Positions 26,601 through 38,794 of a DNA stretch of 64,000 nucleotides are shown here, in pieces (position 1 is the first letter of the stretch; each line of letters begins with the position of its first letter). Under the pieces are notes generated by a model. That model ran no database searches, was not told where the DNA came from, and worked only from the letters and a program-made list of their open reading frames with translations. A program made the position numbers and the translations under genes. Origin of the DNA: Phoronis australis (taxonomy: Eukaryota; Animalia; Phoronida); NCBI GenBank assembly GCA_002633005.1, contig NMRA01000195.1, positions 65,951 to 129,950 on the forward strand, written 5' to 3'.

Positions 26601-29600
26601 ATTAGAGAAGAATTGCAAGAAATGAAAAGCGAACTGGAGTCAGTGAAAGGTGAAATCGTGCCTTAAAATCTAACATAAATGATTCAGAGCATTACTCGCG
26701 AAGGAATTCAATCCGCAATTTACGGCGTACAAGAAAGACCAAATGGAAATTGCGATATGGTCGTGCAGAAGTTTTTCCAACAAAAATAGAATGTTTGCAT
26801 CGACCTTGATAATATAGACAAAACACACAGAGTGGGTAGGCCCACTGATGAAAGCGCAAGATCACTCAGAAGTACAAGCACTAACGCCTCTATGAACCGG
26901 CAACAAAAACCTCGTCATATTATAGTGAAAGTTGTTAGTTACCGCTATCGCCATGCTGTATTTTCGCAGAAGAAAAAGCTTAAGAACACTCAGTTTTTTG
27001 TATCTGAAGATCTCCTAGCGGAAAATTATCGTCTCATGTGTCCAACGTTCAAGAAAGCGATGTTAAAAGCGCGTGGTCGAAAGACGGGAGAATCTTCGCC
27101 CTGCTAAACGACAGTAGAGTTAAACTGGTAAAAGACAGTGATGACTTATATCGGATGTGCAATTTCAAGATGAAGCTGAAAACAGACATTGAAGTTTTAC
27201 GCTTGTATTCAGAACCCCAAGCGTAATGACTATTTGCTGGTGAGAAATGGCGTTTCGTTATGTATGCATTATGTCTTTGTGACTCTCTTCCCCTTCTGTG
27301 TGTACATGTACGTGCGTGTATGTATGTGTGTGTGTTGGTGGATTTTTACGTTACAGTACATACGTGTTTACATACTCCTACATTTACTTGTTATTTAATA
27401 CTTAGAACATTATTTTGCTGCTATATTGTATGCATACCTCTGTGCAATATCGCGATGGTTAGCATCCAATTCATATCTCTTAATGTGCGGGGTATAAATT
27501 CAGTAACAAAACGTTTACAACTTTTTAAATTGTTGAAATTAAAAAGACATGACGTAATATATTTACAAGAGACATACAGTACCGCGGAGTTTTTTACAGG
27601 ATGGGAATGTGAATGGGGTGGAACCATTATTACAAGTCATGGGACAAGTCATAGGAAAGGAGCTGCCATTTTAATGTATCCACAGTTGGATTTGGAAATT
27701 ATTTCAACTATAAACACCAAAGACGGGAGGTATAATCTGATTAATTGTAAAATTTAAAAAATAGCATCATGTTCACTTGTGTCAAACGTTTAAATTCAGG
27801 AGGAAATGGAAGTTGGAAATTTTATTCCAACTTAACTAAATTGGGAGGTGGCCTTATTTACTTCTCAAACTTCCGTTTAAGAATTTTGAAAATGTCAGTT
27901 AACAATTCCTTTTATACTGATGTGCTGAAAAGCTTGAGGCTTTGAATACAAAAGTTTTTATGCATATTCCTATAAACAAACAAGTGTTGTGGAATAATGA
28001 AAACATTTTACTTAGCAATAAATCCGTATTTTGTCGGGAAATGTTTGAAGCGGGAGTGTTATTTTGCGAAGAATTTCTAGATAATGGAAATAAAATTCTT
28101 AGTTGGGATTTTATCAAAAATAAATTCAATCTCAAGAATTTTTGTGTATTGCAATGTTGTTGTTAGCGCATCGAGGAAGCATCCTGGCGAACAAGAAGCA
28201 AGATCTATTGGTTGTAACAACTGTTATTTAATTAATTATAGCACTTGTAGTAAATATTGGTTTAAAAATTGTACTATACATACTTTTGCACAAAAAACCA
28301 GACACTTATGTACGGTTAAGTAATTATTATAATGAAAAGGAAATTAGAGATATATATTAATAAAACTGGAAAGCCAACTCCCGCGCGCGTGACCTGTGTG
28401 CTCTATTGTTAGAGCTTGTGACTTCGAGAAGTGCCGCGAGAGCTTGGTTTGTGAATTTCCGCTAGAGTGTTGATCGATTGTTGTACAGTAGGGCAGTAGT
28501 TATCAATTCAAGCATACTTCCGTTGCTTCATTTTCATTTTGTCGTTTTTTATCAAGCGTGGCTCTTTGGGCACGTTTCAAGACAAACCAGCGATACAAGT
28601 ATTATTCATCATAGCCGACAATTTGGGCACGTGTCAAGACAAACCAGCGATACAAGTATTATTCATCATAGCCGACAATTACACTGGTTATTATTTCTAC
28701 CCAATGACCTGTGGCCCTGGTTGGATGACAGGTAATGGCCTCAGCTTGACCACTTATAAAACTGCTTACCAGGACTTTTTCAACAACACGTTTTGGGAAT
28801 TTAACTGCCAAAAACTGTAGAATGATTAAACAATACGGACATAAGTTTTATGTGGTTCACGAGTGTTTGTTCTGCAAATATTGATGAAAATTTAAGGCCC
28901 TAACAACACGTGTGTTGACGTGACTTTAGAAACAGTGTGTTTTTGTGCGCGCGCGCGCGTGTGTGTGCCATTGTGTGCACGCGCCCACGAATGTGCACAT
29001 ATATACTATTGCTGTTTTCAGTTCTTTATAGAATATTAACTCATTTGTGCAATGTTCTATTATTCCCAGATGCCAATTTTGTTGATTCGACCACTTTCTG
29101 CTGTATTTTCCCATACCCGTGATATAAAATTTCGAAAAAAAGAAAAAATCTTGTAAAATAACCCGATCCCAACGTTTTTTTATGTTGCTGACAGCGTACA
29201 TTGTAGTTACCGCTCTTGGCGAACCGTCAAATTTTTGAAGTCTTCCCGCCATCCCGCAACACAATCAAAAGTGCCCTGCTTTGTGACACTCGGTGAAATC
29301 GGCACTTTATCATAAGATACCTTAAAATCCCACACGACATAGCAATATGATCTCGTTCGACGGGACACTTAATAGATTTAAGCGTCATTCGCAATTTTTG
29401 ATTAGACTTAAAAACAAATATACGGCGTAATGCACTTTTGGCTGTTATGTTTCTTGCTCCGAAAATTCCTGTCTGGAATGTACATGTATTGCTGCGCAGC
29501 GAATGTTTCACCATCGCCTTTTGGTTTACACTCAGATAACTCGTTTCTTATCTAGAATTCCGCTCTTCAATCCAGTTGTTCCGTTTTATTCATTCTTGAA

Positions 29601-30291
29601 TGTGAACCGCGACAACTATGCAGCAGGTGCTCAAATTAACATTGAACGTGATTGGAAAGATGTAAACATGGAAGTGCACATTTTGTGTTCTTTAAAGGAA
29701 TGAAAGCGAGCGTGACGTTTCTATAGAAACTAGGGGTTACATTGCTAGCATGGTTTTGTCGAAAAACTCTACCCTCGAAACGTAGATTTAGACAATTCTG
29801 TTTTTAAAATCACAAAAGACACCGCAAAATAACGAACATTTGATAATGAACGCTTAAATTTGCATAAAAAACAAGCGTGGGATTTGTTTATGGCATTTTA
29901 ATGCCTATATCATTTTTACAACCAATCGTCCTTCACAAAAAATTATAAGTTAATGTCTGAGGGGCAGTTTGTGAATCCACAATTTGTGATTTAATTGTGT
30001 GAGGAAAAGACGGTGGGCGGTCACGAACCGTGGTCTACATTTTTTGCGATAGCTAGATATCCAGAAATCCAAATCTTTAATCCACTATTCGCTAGCTAAA
30101 ATAAACGTCGCACGTTTCAGCATTGCCAAACTTACCACCGAAAAGGAGAGCATTATAAATGCCGCTAATTTACAAACGAAGTAATTCCGTGTTCTTGCCG
30201 GAAGAGGGTGTTGCTCTACATGTTTTTCCTCTATGGATTCTTCGTTACTGGACTTCCTTTGTGTTCCTGTGTTCGACATACTTGTAAACAT
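13599..30291 (-). CDS. MFS transporter gene B (MFSD4/NaGLT1-like), 4 exons, ~504 aa
   Basis: Exons 30291-30136, 24465-24308, 15549-15416 and 14665-13599. GT-AG introns with phases 0,2,1 as in gene A; 1515-nt continuous frame; AATAAA (minus strand) at 13491-13496. Confidence 0.85.
15416..15549 (-). CDS. Gene B exon 3 (SNLAIAGGCIVGCLFYAMMPF...), 134 nt
   Basis: Acceptor gtttcag|G, donor T|GTAAGT. Confidence 0.85.
17747..17825 (+). mobile_element. tRNA-derived (SINE-head-like) sequence
   Basis: Perfect B box GGTTCGAATCC (17800-17810) inside a GAGGCC/GGCCTC stem; weak A box upstream; no complete cloverleaf. Confidence 0.55.
19143..22430 (+). mobile_element. Helentron/HINE-like (Helitron2-associated) non-autonomous element with internal insertion
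   Basis: 5' TTATTACTCTGCGCGTG..GCGCAGAGT head (duplicated, 73 bp apart) followed by a CTT/ATT microsatellite; internal repeats 19610-19940 and 22000-22335; 3' subterminal IR CACGCGCAGAGT, hairpin TTATTGTCACG-C-CGTGACAATAA (22399-22421), then CTAG-TTT. Confidence 0.7.
20990..21365 (+). repeat. Diverged relative of the CATG-element interior (matches 56290-56645)
   Basis: Shared strings aaacaaacgtcacgtgacaacaacatgtgt, tttggacttaatc, caggtaatttgttgagtc and ccacaattttgtagaaag. Confidence 0.8.
22569..23828 (+). mobile_element. Kolobok-like non-autonomous element, family 2, complete copy
   Basis: TTAA|AGAGTCCCCAC ... GTAGGAACTCT|TTAA (TSDs 22565-22568 and 23829-23832). Confidence 0.75.
22935..23206. 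mobile_element. Small Harbinger-like MITE nested in the family-2 element
   Basis: AGGGACGGACC ... AATCCGCCACT imperfect TIR with G/C runs; segment absent from the 9538 copy. Confidence 0.45.
24308..24465 (-). CDS. Gene B exon 2 (ACADTNIGICLPD...SKFPKR), 158 nt
   Basis: Acceptor ttccaag|GCA, donor AAAG|GTAGGT; paralogous to 36859-37016. Confidence 0.85.
24549..26119 (+). mobile_element. Kolobok-like family 1, copy 2 (gene B intron 1)
   Basis: AGGAGAATGCCACCC start, degenerate GGGAAGCATTCTAAT end, THAP stub at ~24715-24880; collinear with 3888-5329. Confidence 0.75.
26535..28166 (+). mobile_element. Decayed, internally deleted L1/Tx1-clade LINE
   Basis: ORF1 remnants (YSRRNSIR, IDKTHRVGRP, KPRHIIVK, VSEDL, AWSKDGRIF); ORF2 APE start at 27455 (SLNVRGI, DVIYLQET, WGG, SHG..KGAAIL); then jumps to the post-RT VLWNNENI region; stops and frameshifts throughout. 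Confidence 0.85.
28565..28680. repeat. 57-bp direct tandem duplication (2 copies, 1 mismatch)
   Basis: tttgggcacgt(t/g)tcaagacaaaccagcgatacaag... at 28565 and 28622. Confidence 0.95.
30136..30291 (-). CDS. Gene B exon 1 (MFTSMSN...RNYFVCKLAAFIMLSFSV)
   Basis: ATG at 30291 (or in-frame ATG 12 nt downstream), donor GTG|GTAAGT; homologous to gene A exon 1. Confidence 0.75.
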
Positions 30292-31215
30292 CGCACTTGA
30301 GTAGTTCCAATTTCTCTAAGCAGCGCCCTCTGAATTTCAGGCTTATCTTGAATCGGTGAAGAAGTTCTCTCGTCTAATGTAACTGGACATCCACTCAAAT
30401 ATACATTATAAACCCGTATTTAAAGTCCATCAAAAACATAACGAATGGTGAATTGTTTTTCTAAGCATCGCTGTGATAACATCTGTCGTTTCGATAGTCA
30501 ATAAACAAAAAATATGACGTAAGAGCTAATGTGCACATTCAACTAAAACATTGAAATAGTATTGAACAAAAACGTTTTAATAAATGACATTGCCACTTAT
30601 TTTCAGAATGTAAAATTACAAGTGATTACAAACACTTGTCTGTTTCGATGACTATACACAAATAGTTGTGAATTCAAGTCTTCAATCAGTTTCAAATGAA
30701 GGATTGTGGGAAGGGTGAGAAAATATAGATGGCAAAATTTAAAGAAAAACGTGCCTCAATTCTGGATTACTCTTCATCGACTTTTGAAATGGTAATTTAC
30801 TACAAGTGTACACCACAGACAAATGCAACTTTGTCAAACTCAATAATTTTCTCCCCTTGCTTAGTTCTCCTTTTTGAAATTGAAAGTCCTTTACAATAAA
30901 CGGTGGCACTTTTGAAACAATGTGTGGGAGCCTATTTTTTAAGCAGTTGTTTTGGTAACGAGTTACATGTAAGTGCCAAGTGATCTGGGCAAAACGTACA
31001 TGTACCCTAACAGAAGTTAGTTTGTGGTCCACTAAACATGAATGATGGTGCAAGACCATCACCATGGTTAATCATGCCTGTTGTAGCCCGTCAACAAACC
31101 TTTTCAAACAAATAGCATCCTTTACATTGGACATGTGCTGACACAAACTACCATTCAAATGATTTTAATTGATGCGGAATTTCAAACAAAGTATATATCG
31201 ACTGATACCTTGGTT

Positions 31216-31218
<3 letters not shown>

Positions 31219-31258
<40 letters not shown>

Positions 31259-31297
31259 CCTCTCTCCCTCCCTCCCTCCCTCCCTCTCTCTCTCTCC
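31219..31297. repeat. (CT)n/(CCCT)n microsatellite
   Basis: Direct reading. Confidence 0.95.
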
Positions 31298-31782
31298 GCA
31301 TTTCTTGAATTTGTTTCCTCCACTGAATTTCGGGCATCAGTCCGTACTTTTAATAATCCTAAACCCCTGTATTGTAGATTTTCTGTGGATTCAATGAATA
31401 TTTGAATAAATTGTTGGCTGTACCCATTTGTTTGTTTAAATAAATCGTTAGACCGAATAGGCAAAAACAAAATAACGAGAGCAATTCACTTTAATTGACC
31501 TAAACGCGCACTTCAAAGCCACGCCAGTTGTGTTCGCGAGATGTCCACAGGGTAACCGACAAACAAGGTCTCAGAACACAACAAGGATGGACTAAAGTGA
31601 AAAATATATGGACTAGAATTCCCTCCGCATATAACACAGCTATCTTGCTCTAAATCACCTTTAAATAACAACGTGAAAAGAAATAAAAAAGGAAATGAAT
31701 TAAAGCCGACTAAAATTCTATGAGTGGTGTAATAATAAACGCGGAGTTAACCAATAATTACGCATTCGTGTTCAGATTGTGC

Positions 31783-32966
31783 TTATGCGTGATTGTTTTG
31801 ATGAATGCTGTTGCTATATAGATTCTTAGGGTCTTCAATATTTGCTGGTTCAACGCTATGCTCTTCAGTTTTTGTCATAAGTTCCAGGTTTTCCTCCCGG
31901 TCAGTATTCCGTTCACCATCTTCATTTTGGAAACGGTCGCCGTGACGGAATGCGAGAACTTGAAGCAATGCAACTGACAGTCCTCCTAGGCTAGAAAGCC
32001 CCAGGCACAAATACATTAAAGAAATTTTGCTAACGTGTTCTAGAAGATATCCGATCAAGTTATCCACGCCAAGGTCCGACATGCATGTTAGAAATGACAC
32101 CCACCCTATCAGTGGCACGGTGAGGGTGATGTAGCGATTTGTCCAAGCGTGAAGCGTAGGCCACACGGAGGAAGACAAGAACTTAAGGGCGCAGATATAT
32201 ATCCAGAATGTCAGTTGGCTGGTTAAGCCGAACGAGAGAAAAGCAAAGGACACTATAGATCCTATCACTTGAATAAACATGACTACCTGTATTGGCACAA
32301 ACAAGGTAAACGCAGCGAAAGCAAAACGCGAAGCCAAGCTCACGAGATTTCCTACAGATATCAGGTAGGCAGCGTCGTCTTTTTTGAATTTCAGGAAGCT
32401 GTCGGTTGCAAAAGAGAATCCCCACATTCCAACTGCACCACCAAGTCCACGAATACAGGTACAATATATGCCAATGCCTAGCATCATCACAAGACCAAAC
32501 TTAAAATCTCCTGCCGCCCACTTTCTCGGCGAGATGGCCTCAAGGAAGCTGACTTTCTTTTTGTCCTCAGGTACTTCAGTCTTCGAGTCATCAGTATCCG
32601 GTTCCGGTATTTTGATCTTGTCTCGTTCCACAAAATCGAAACACAAAAAACAGATGCACAGCAGCCCCAAGAGAGAGCTGAACATTGCAAATGGTATTTC
32701 AATCGGTGGTTCTGTGTCCGTGGTTGAACTTCGAATCCACGGTTCGCTGCTGTTGTTCAAAGGAGGGGTTGAATTTTCACCAAGTATTGACCAGTTGGAG
32801 TTAATGCTGTTTGCTTCAGTTACATTTTCTTCAGTCTTGTCGGGTGAAATGAAAGATTTACTGATCAATGGCGAGATGGTGCCCCCAAGTGTGTAACCAA
32901 GGGACACCACGTGGAGAGGAAATGCTGCTCGTTTTCTCCACATTGCGCTAACCATAGGACTTGTCA
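31783..32966 (-). CDS. Gene A terminal exon 4 (C-terminal MFS helices)
   Basis: Long ORF 31783-32985 with acceptor gctttcag|TGACAAGT at 32966; multi-TM protein paralogous to 13599-14665. Confidence 0.9.
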
Positions 32967-35900
32967 CTGAAAGCAAAAGCCACAATGTTATGGGAAATAT
33001 CTCTTTTTAAAATCATTGGGTTTACAATTTGGTCTACATACTTATACCATGCGACAGCAATATGGCTCCCACAGTATTGATAATTTTTTTGTTTAATAAT
33101 TTTCATCTAAAATAACAGGAAACTTTACAGTGAGGGTGGATTGTGCTTTGGATATCGTTTTTAACAATGACCTTAATTGATGACTCAAGACACAGATTTT
33201 TATTCTGTCGTTACAGTAAATACCAAACCGGATCTCAGAATTTTCACAATTGCCTCTTTCACATCTAGTCAAATGCAGTGGAAATATTGTGATTCTGAAA
33301 TTGGTGCGCCCTTAAACTCAGTCCGCATATTGTGCAGGGTCAAATTATCACCACATCTCAAATGGTTACAGCTTCAAAACTGTGAAAATTTGGACCCGCG
33401 CTGCAGGACCAATTACTCACAAATTCGGGTCAAATTCTCACAGCAGCTTATGTTGACAGATTGGGCCAGCAGATGAGTACAGGCCCAAATATCCGCAATT
33501 TTGATGTGACAGTTTAGGACTTTGTGGCAAATTGGGCGTACACACCGCATGCTTATAAGAAGCTGTTTAAACTGAAATATCGCTAAAATTGCGCTGACCC
33601 TATTTCGATCTTTTTTTAGGAAACACGATGTGTGCTCGAATAAATATGAAATAAAGTGAAGCGAATGTCCATATCTATGTGCACAAGACAAAACTTGAGG
33701 TAATAAAACAGAAAGAACGTTACGCCAACACACAAAACTCAACAGTTAGTGCTTGTTTCATGAAAACTTATTTACGAAACAAGGCAGAAATTTGACATTA
33801 CAGTATATCCCCAGTTCGCTTTTACAAAATAAAAGTTTTAATAATATCTTTATTAACACAACACTACCTCAAAATAATCTGTTCAAATTTCTTTAGCAAT
33901 TAAAAATCATAGGAGTATAGTGACAGCCCAGTAACCAACATGGCGGGGGGGTGGTTCGAATTTATAGAACGGTGGACTTTTGATATTTTGCAAACGTCGA
34001 CACTGTAGAGTTTTCGGTAAGGCCTTTGACTCAGCTTAATTAAGGAGGGAAATCTGTTTACACAACGATGACTCTCAGCTCTATGTTCCTTAGATGAGAT
34101 GGAATTCGTCATACCAAAAACAAGGATGACGTGACGGTAGTTCGCAACAAAGGAACTCAAATTCAGATGTAATGTGGTCCAGAAGGAGAACGTTCAGGGC
34201 TTACCTCATGCCAAAATGTCAAGTCAGGGGGCTTAACTGAGTGATTATACCTCAAGACACACTCGAACGGAAATATTTAGACGGAGAATGGCCTGACGAT
34301 GGTTGTACTTTTGGGTGTGGCTAACAGTGTGTACATAGGAACAGCCGACTATTTTGAAGGTTCACCACTTCTAAGGTTCACTATTCCGAATGTTCAATAC
34401 TTCGAAAGTTCCCAACACCGGAAGATCACTATTCAACGATTTCGAATTCTTGTGTAATTTTTATACTTTACCCGCAAAATTGGCTATCCTTCAGGTTATT
34501 CCAGTGGATGCACTGAGTGGCGTATTTATATCGAAAACAAACCCCTCGGGTACTAAAGCAACTTGTTTGGATTTCATGCGCATGCGATATTGCCCGCATG
34601 TCATACGAATACGGAAAAGTGAGTACGTACTTCCATTTATAAAAGAATATGAAGTAAGAATATTGATGAATTATCAACTACAATCATCATATCCATGTCA
34701 AGATCGCATCATTCAAAGCGTGACTGAAAAATTTAGGGCCTCATCCTCACCCACAGGAACCACGCGCACTGCCGGGTCGAAACTAAATGTAGTTAGTAGC
34801 CCTGTCCCTGTAAGTCTCCACAAAGTAAGAGTCCAATACAATCTTAAATTAAAAACCGTCGTTGTTCCCCGCAGTCCTGACCCGTTCCTCAGATGTTGTC
34901 TGTGCTCGAGAAAGAGTCGTAAGCTAGGTTCAAGAATCACGATTGGCAGTTGTGGGAAACGAGTTCTTTAATTTTGTATCAAATTGTTTTAAGAACTATT
35001 CAACTATTACTAAGTAGACACAGATACAGTCCCGACTCATTAGCACATAATCAGAATAATGAACTGTCGGAATTGTAGACAATCGAAGGTTGCGAAACTT
35101 CGGAGTAGAGAACCTCCGGAATAATGGCATGTGCCCTTGGAAATATTTTCCATCCGTTTGTGCAAGAAAACACGGTAGTTAAATTTTGGTTTTAGCGACG
35201 ACGGGAGACTGCCTATACTGGTGAACTTTCCGTCGGCGGGTAGTGAATTAAAATAATTGAAACCCACACACACGTGTACATGTACACGCACACATGCCAA
35301 TCCACCAACCGACAAAGTGAACCTTAGATGACGAACATATTGAAAGTTGCAAATGCCTGCACTTTATCGTACTATGCTAACAAGTATACGAAAAATAGCA
35401 GACAGCAAACCTACTTTGTGCTGTTTTTTTTCTGGATCGATTTTAAGGCATTTACAAAGTGTTACTTTTTAGAAGCTCTCTCGTTGCTATATACATGAAT
35501 CTTAGCTATTGTGTACGTAGAGACATTTGCTGCTAGACAACATTGTTACCCTATGCCGTAGCCACAACGTGCATTCAATGCCTATAAAGATCATCAAGCT
35601 TTCTCTAATTGTCTGCACGATGCTGTCATATACGCAATCACCACTCGGGCAAAGTTAACCGGGTACGGCCTGATGATTGCGTGAAGCGCTTTCAATTGGA
35701 ATCAAATTCAAAATGATTACTTAGTTATCATTGTAGTAAGTAATACCAGTAGCTGCAACAATTTTGTTGTTCGTTTATATCCTATCTTGAACGGACAGGC
35801 TGGGTCTCGACCCCCATCCCCTGGCTACGGGCCCGCCTCAGATCGTTTGGTTGAACTCATCTTTAACTATTTTTCAGAATTATTTATGCGGAGCGTAGGA

Positions 35901-38065
35901 TCAAATTTCTGTCGCCTTAAGTAGCTTGTCATGAATGAGACCCCGGGAACTTTAATCAAAACCGTAAATACACTTTTGCCTGAGGTGCCTCTGTTTAGGG
36001 AGCTGTTGCGGAAAATCAAATTGGGTAGCCCACAATCGTTTTGTAGATTTATAGTAGGCGTTGACGTTCTAAATATTAACTGAAACAGCAGAAGGTACTG
36101 ATATACCTACGAGAGAAAAAGGCTTCAAAAGACGCTGACATGAGGAAGAACAGTACCCCAAAGGCGGGCACGGCAGATGTAAAAGGCTGGATAGCATAAG
36201 CGATGGCGGCGTTCGCACAGCCGACCGCATACATCAGGTTGAACCTAAAATCAAAAAAATCACAGTACATATTCACAATTATCAGTAACAATCTTGAGTA
36301 TCTACAGAAAAGGTTGCTAAGTGCTTGAGGGCTACATTTCAGAGAAGTTTGGATGAAGGTACCGATGAAGCAGGCAATCAAAAGTCAATGCCTCGTAAAT
36401 GGCTAATGAAGTCAAACTGGAAATAAATTAAAAGAGGTGAAATTTCCCACCGTTGATGATCTCCACTGGTTCCAAGAGTTTATCTTTTTCAATTTGAAAA
36501 TCCAACGCTTAATTAATTAATAAACTAAATAGATTAACTGTGGATATTGACTGGTCTAAGATTGCATTGCGCGTAAAGAGACGTTGTTTAGACTTCAAGT
36601 TTAATGACGGGCTTTTGAACTAGTAGTTTCCATAGTTGTTCACTGCATCCAGATGCAACCACATATAACGTGCAATGGCTAGATTCTTCATTTTTCAACA
36701 AATCAATCAAGCTGAATCAACTAATAAGGATGGGCCGCTTCAGGCTGATAAAATGTTGCTGTGATTACTTCATCTAGTCAATCTGAGCAAATACCCTCAA
36801 CTTTTAGAACAAACATACAATAAAGGCACCTCAAATCAGACGCTTCTATCCCCCGTACCTTTTTGGAAACCTGTCGGTCAAAAAGGATAACATCGGAGCA
36901 ATGATGATGTTACTCAACGCACCAAACGACATTGTTGTTGCTATGGTTGCGTAGTTGCCATCGTTTCTTCGGATGACGTCTGGCAAGCATATTGACAAGT
37001 TTGTGTATGCACAAGCCTGCAACGAAGAACCTTTGTGGGATACATTCATAATCACATATACATGTACAGCAGTCTACCACGACTAGAGTATGACAGGGCA
37101 ATAGAAACTGAGTACGATCGAGCAAACAATGCCCGTCACCAATCGGCCAGTCACATTTTTACTGCACTTCGCAACAAATATTAATGTGAACAAGGATAGT
37201 TTTAGTTTTAATTTGAGAGCACAGGAGCAACAATGTTTCATTTTTGGAAATAAACGAGAGCGAGCTAACCATGGTTTTCGTCGCGCAAGGCAGATGACAA
37301 CACTGGACTCCACTGGCTCCAGTTTCAAGCTATGTCCCGCCACCCTCCGGCCGCCACTGTCATTAAACTTCCTCGTTAGTGAGTACATGAGCCCATATCC
37401 CGCTCGTTTGTGCCACCCTACCCAATTCGGTGCCGCCCGCATGTCACGCGTCCACCCACGGAGGTCATTCTACCTCTACCCTTTTATCACGCCACTGTAT
37501 AAGTTAGCACACTTAAACCACGATTTGTCTGTTTAATTATGGCTATATCGGCAGGGCATAGTAACACACCGACATAGAAAGAGTTCTTAAGCGTGTATAC
37601 TTTGGCATAAACTGAGCATGATCGCTGGCTATTAAGATATATGTACCAGTGCACCCAGATGTGTCCGAATTCTTTTAAATTCTTTGTAGTTCCTCCACCC
37701 GATTCGTTATTATCTATTCAATATGGCGGCAATGTCACCGTGAGTAAACACAGTGAACGGTATCCAGACAAACGTGACCTCTTATGCCAGAACTTACATA
37801 CATTATTTATAGGCGCTGCAATAATTTAACTTAAAAAGATATAAGAAGCATTTTTCAACATATGTTTTTGATAACTAAGACGTCGTTTAAAATTCAGCTC
37901 ATCGAGGGTTAAGAGTTTTCTTACCATTGTGAAGTACGAAAGCACGAACATGGCTGTCTTAAGCACAAAGTAATTTCTAACGTTTCTTGGCAATTGCTTG
38001 TCCCCCACTTCCGACCCACACGTAATAAAACGAGTGCACACAGAGCAATTCCCCTGACCCGCCAT
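31783..38065 (-). CDS. MFS transporter gene A (MFSD4/NaGLT1-like), 4 exons, ~538 aa
   Basis: Exons 38065-37925, 37016-36859, 36244-36111 and 32966-31783. All introns are GT-AG with phases 0,2,1, giving a continuous 1617-nt frame. Many hydrophobic helices; LHVVSLGYTLGGTISPLISKSF resembles the MFSD4-type LHxxFGxGxxxSPLIA segment. Confidence 0.85.
34339..35135 (-). mobile_element. Degenerate TIR element, possibly MULE-derived
   Basis: Inverted subterminal arrays of GGTTCACTATTCCGAA-like units at 34350-34440 and 35055-35125; minus-strand scraps (RFPQLPI, VVPVGE, FINGSTYSLFRIRM) weakly recall MULE transposase. Confidence 0.35.
36111..36244 (-). CDS. Gene A exon 3 (FNLMYAVGCANAAIAYAIQPF...), 134 nt
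   Basis: Acceptor tttag|G, donor C|GTAGGT; same 134-nt length as gene B exon 3. Confidence 0.8.
36859..37016 (-). CDS. Gene A exon 2 (ACAYTNLSICLPD...DRFPKR), 158 nt
   Basis: Acceptor ttgcag|GCT, donor AAAG|GTACGG; same length as, and homologous to, gene B exon 2. Confidence 0.85.
37925..38065 (-). CDS. Gene A exon 1 (MAGQGN...RNYFVLKTAMFVLSYFTM)
   Basis: ATG at 38065, donor ATG|GTAAGA; the RNYFV-K-A-F motif is shared with gene B exon 1. Confidence 0.75.
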
Positions 38066-38794
38066 TGCGTCACGTCACGCAACTGTTGTCGAAGTTGCAA
38101 ACAAGGTGACGACTGTACTTGAATCATACAGTCATCCGGTCGAATAACTTTATCTGAATCTAAATCGAATGAGAGCAGGGGGTTAGACTTGAACAAACAT
38201 TCTTTGCTTTATCGGCACTGTGGCCTCAGCATTGTTTGAACAGTCGATGGCCGAAAAAAACAACCACTAGATGTCGGTATTGCCCTCCAATAGCCTTAAA
38301 ATGTGAGCAGGACTAGGGCTCGTACATGTATTTGAAAACAGTACAGATGCACAGTTCGATTGTGCAAATAACCTTACGTAATAAGATACGATCTAAGAAA
38401 TGGAACGTCTTAACATTCTAGAAATTGTCATCAATATAGTTTTCGACACAGACAGGAAAGGGTGGCTCGAAAACGTTACTGCAGGACTATTCACTGTCTC
38501 TGCAATCAAAGTCTGTATGTATTAAGCAATGATATTAATTCGAAATTATATTGGTAAATAAGAATTTTCAAAACGATTTCATACAGTTATATTAGCATGA
38601 AGCCTACGCAACGAAATTAGAACACAATTAACTGCTAGCAGATGACACCTGCACGAATCACAAGGTAGGTGTACGCGCCGTGTGGATGAGACGGAACTTA
38701 CTAGTACACTATGCGCTGTTTTGACGAGACTTGTACAGCATTTACATGTATTATAATTTTGAGAAAATGATGAATAGTTGTCAACATTCGGCAA

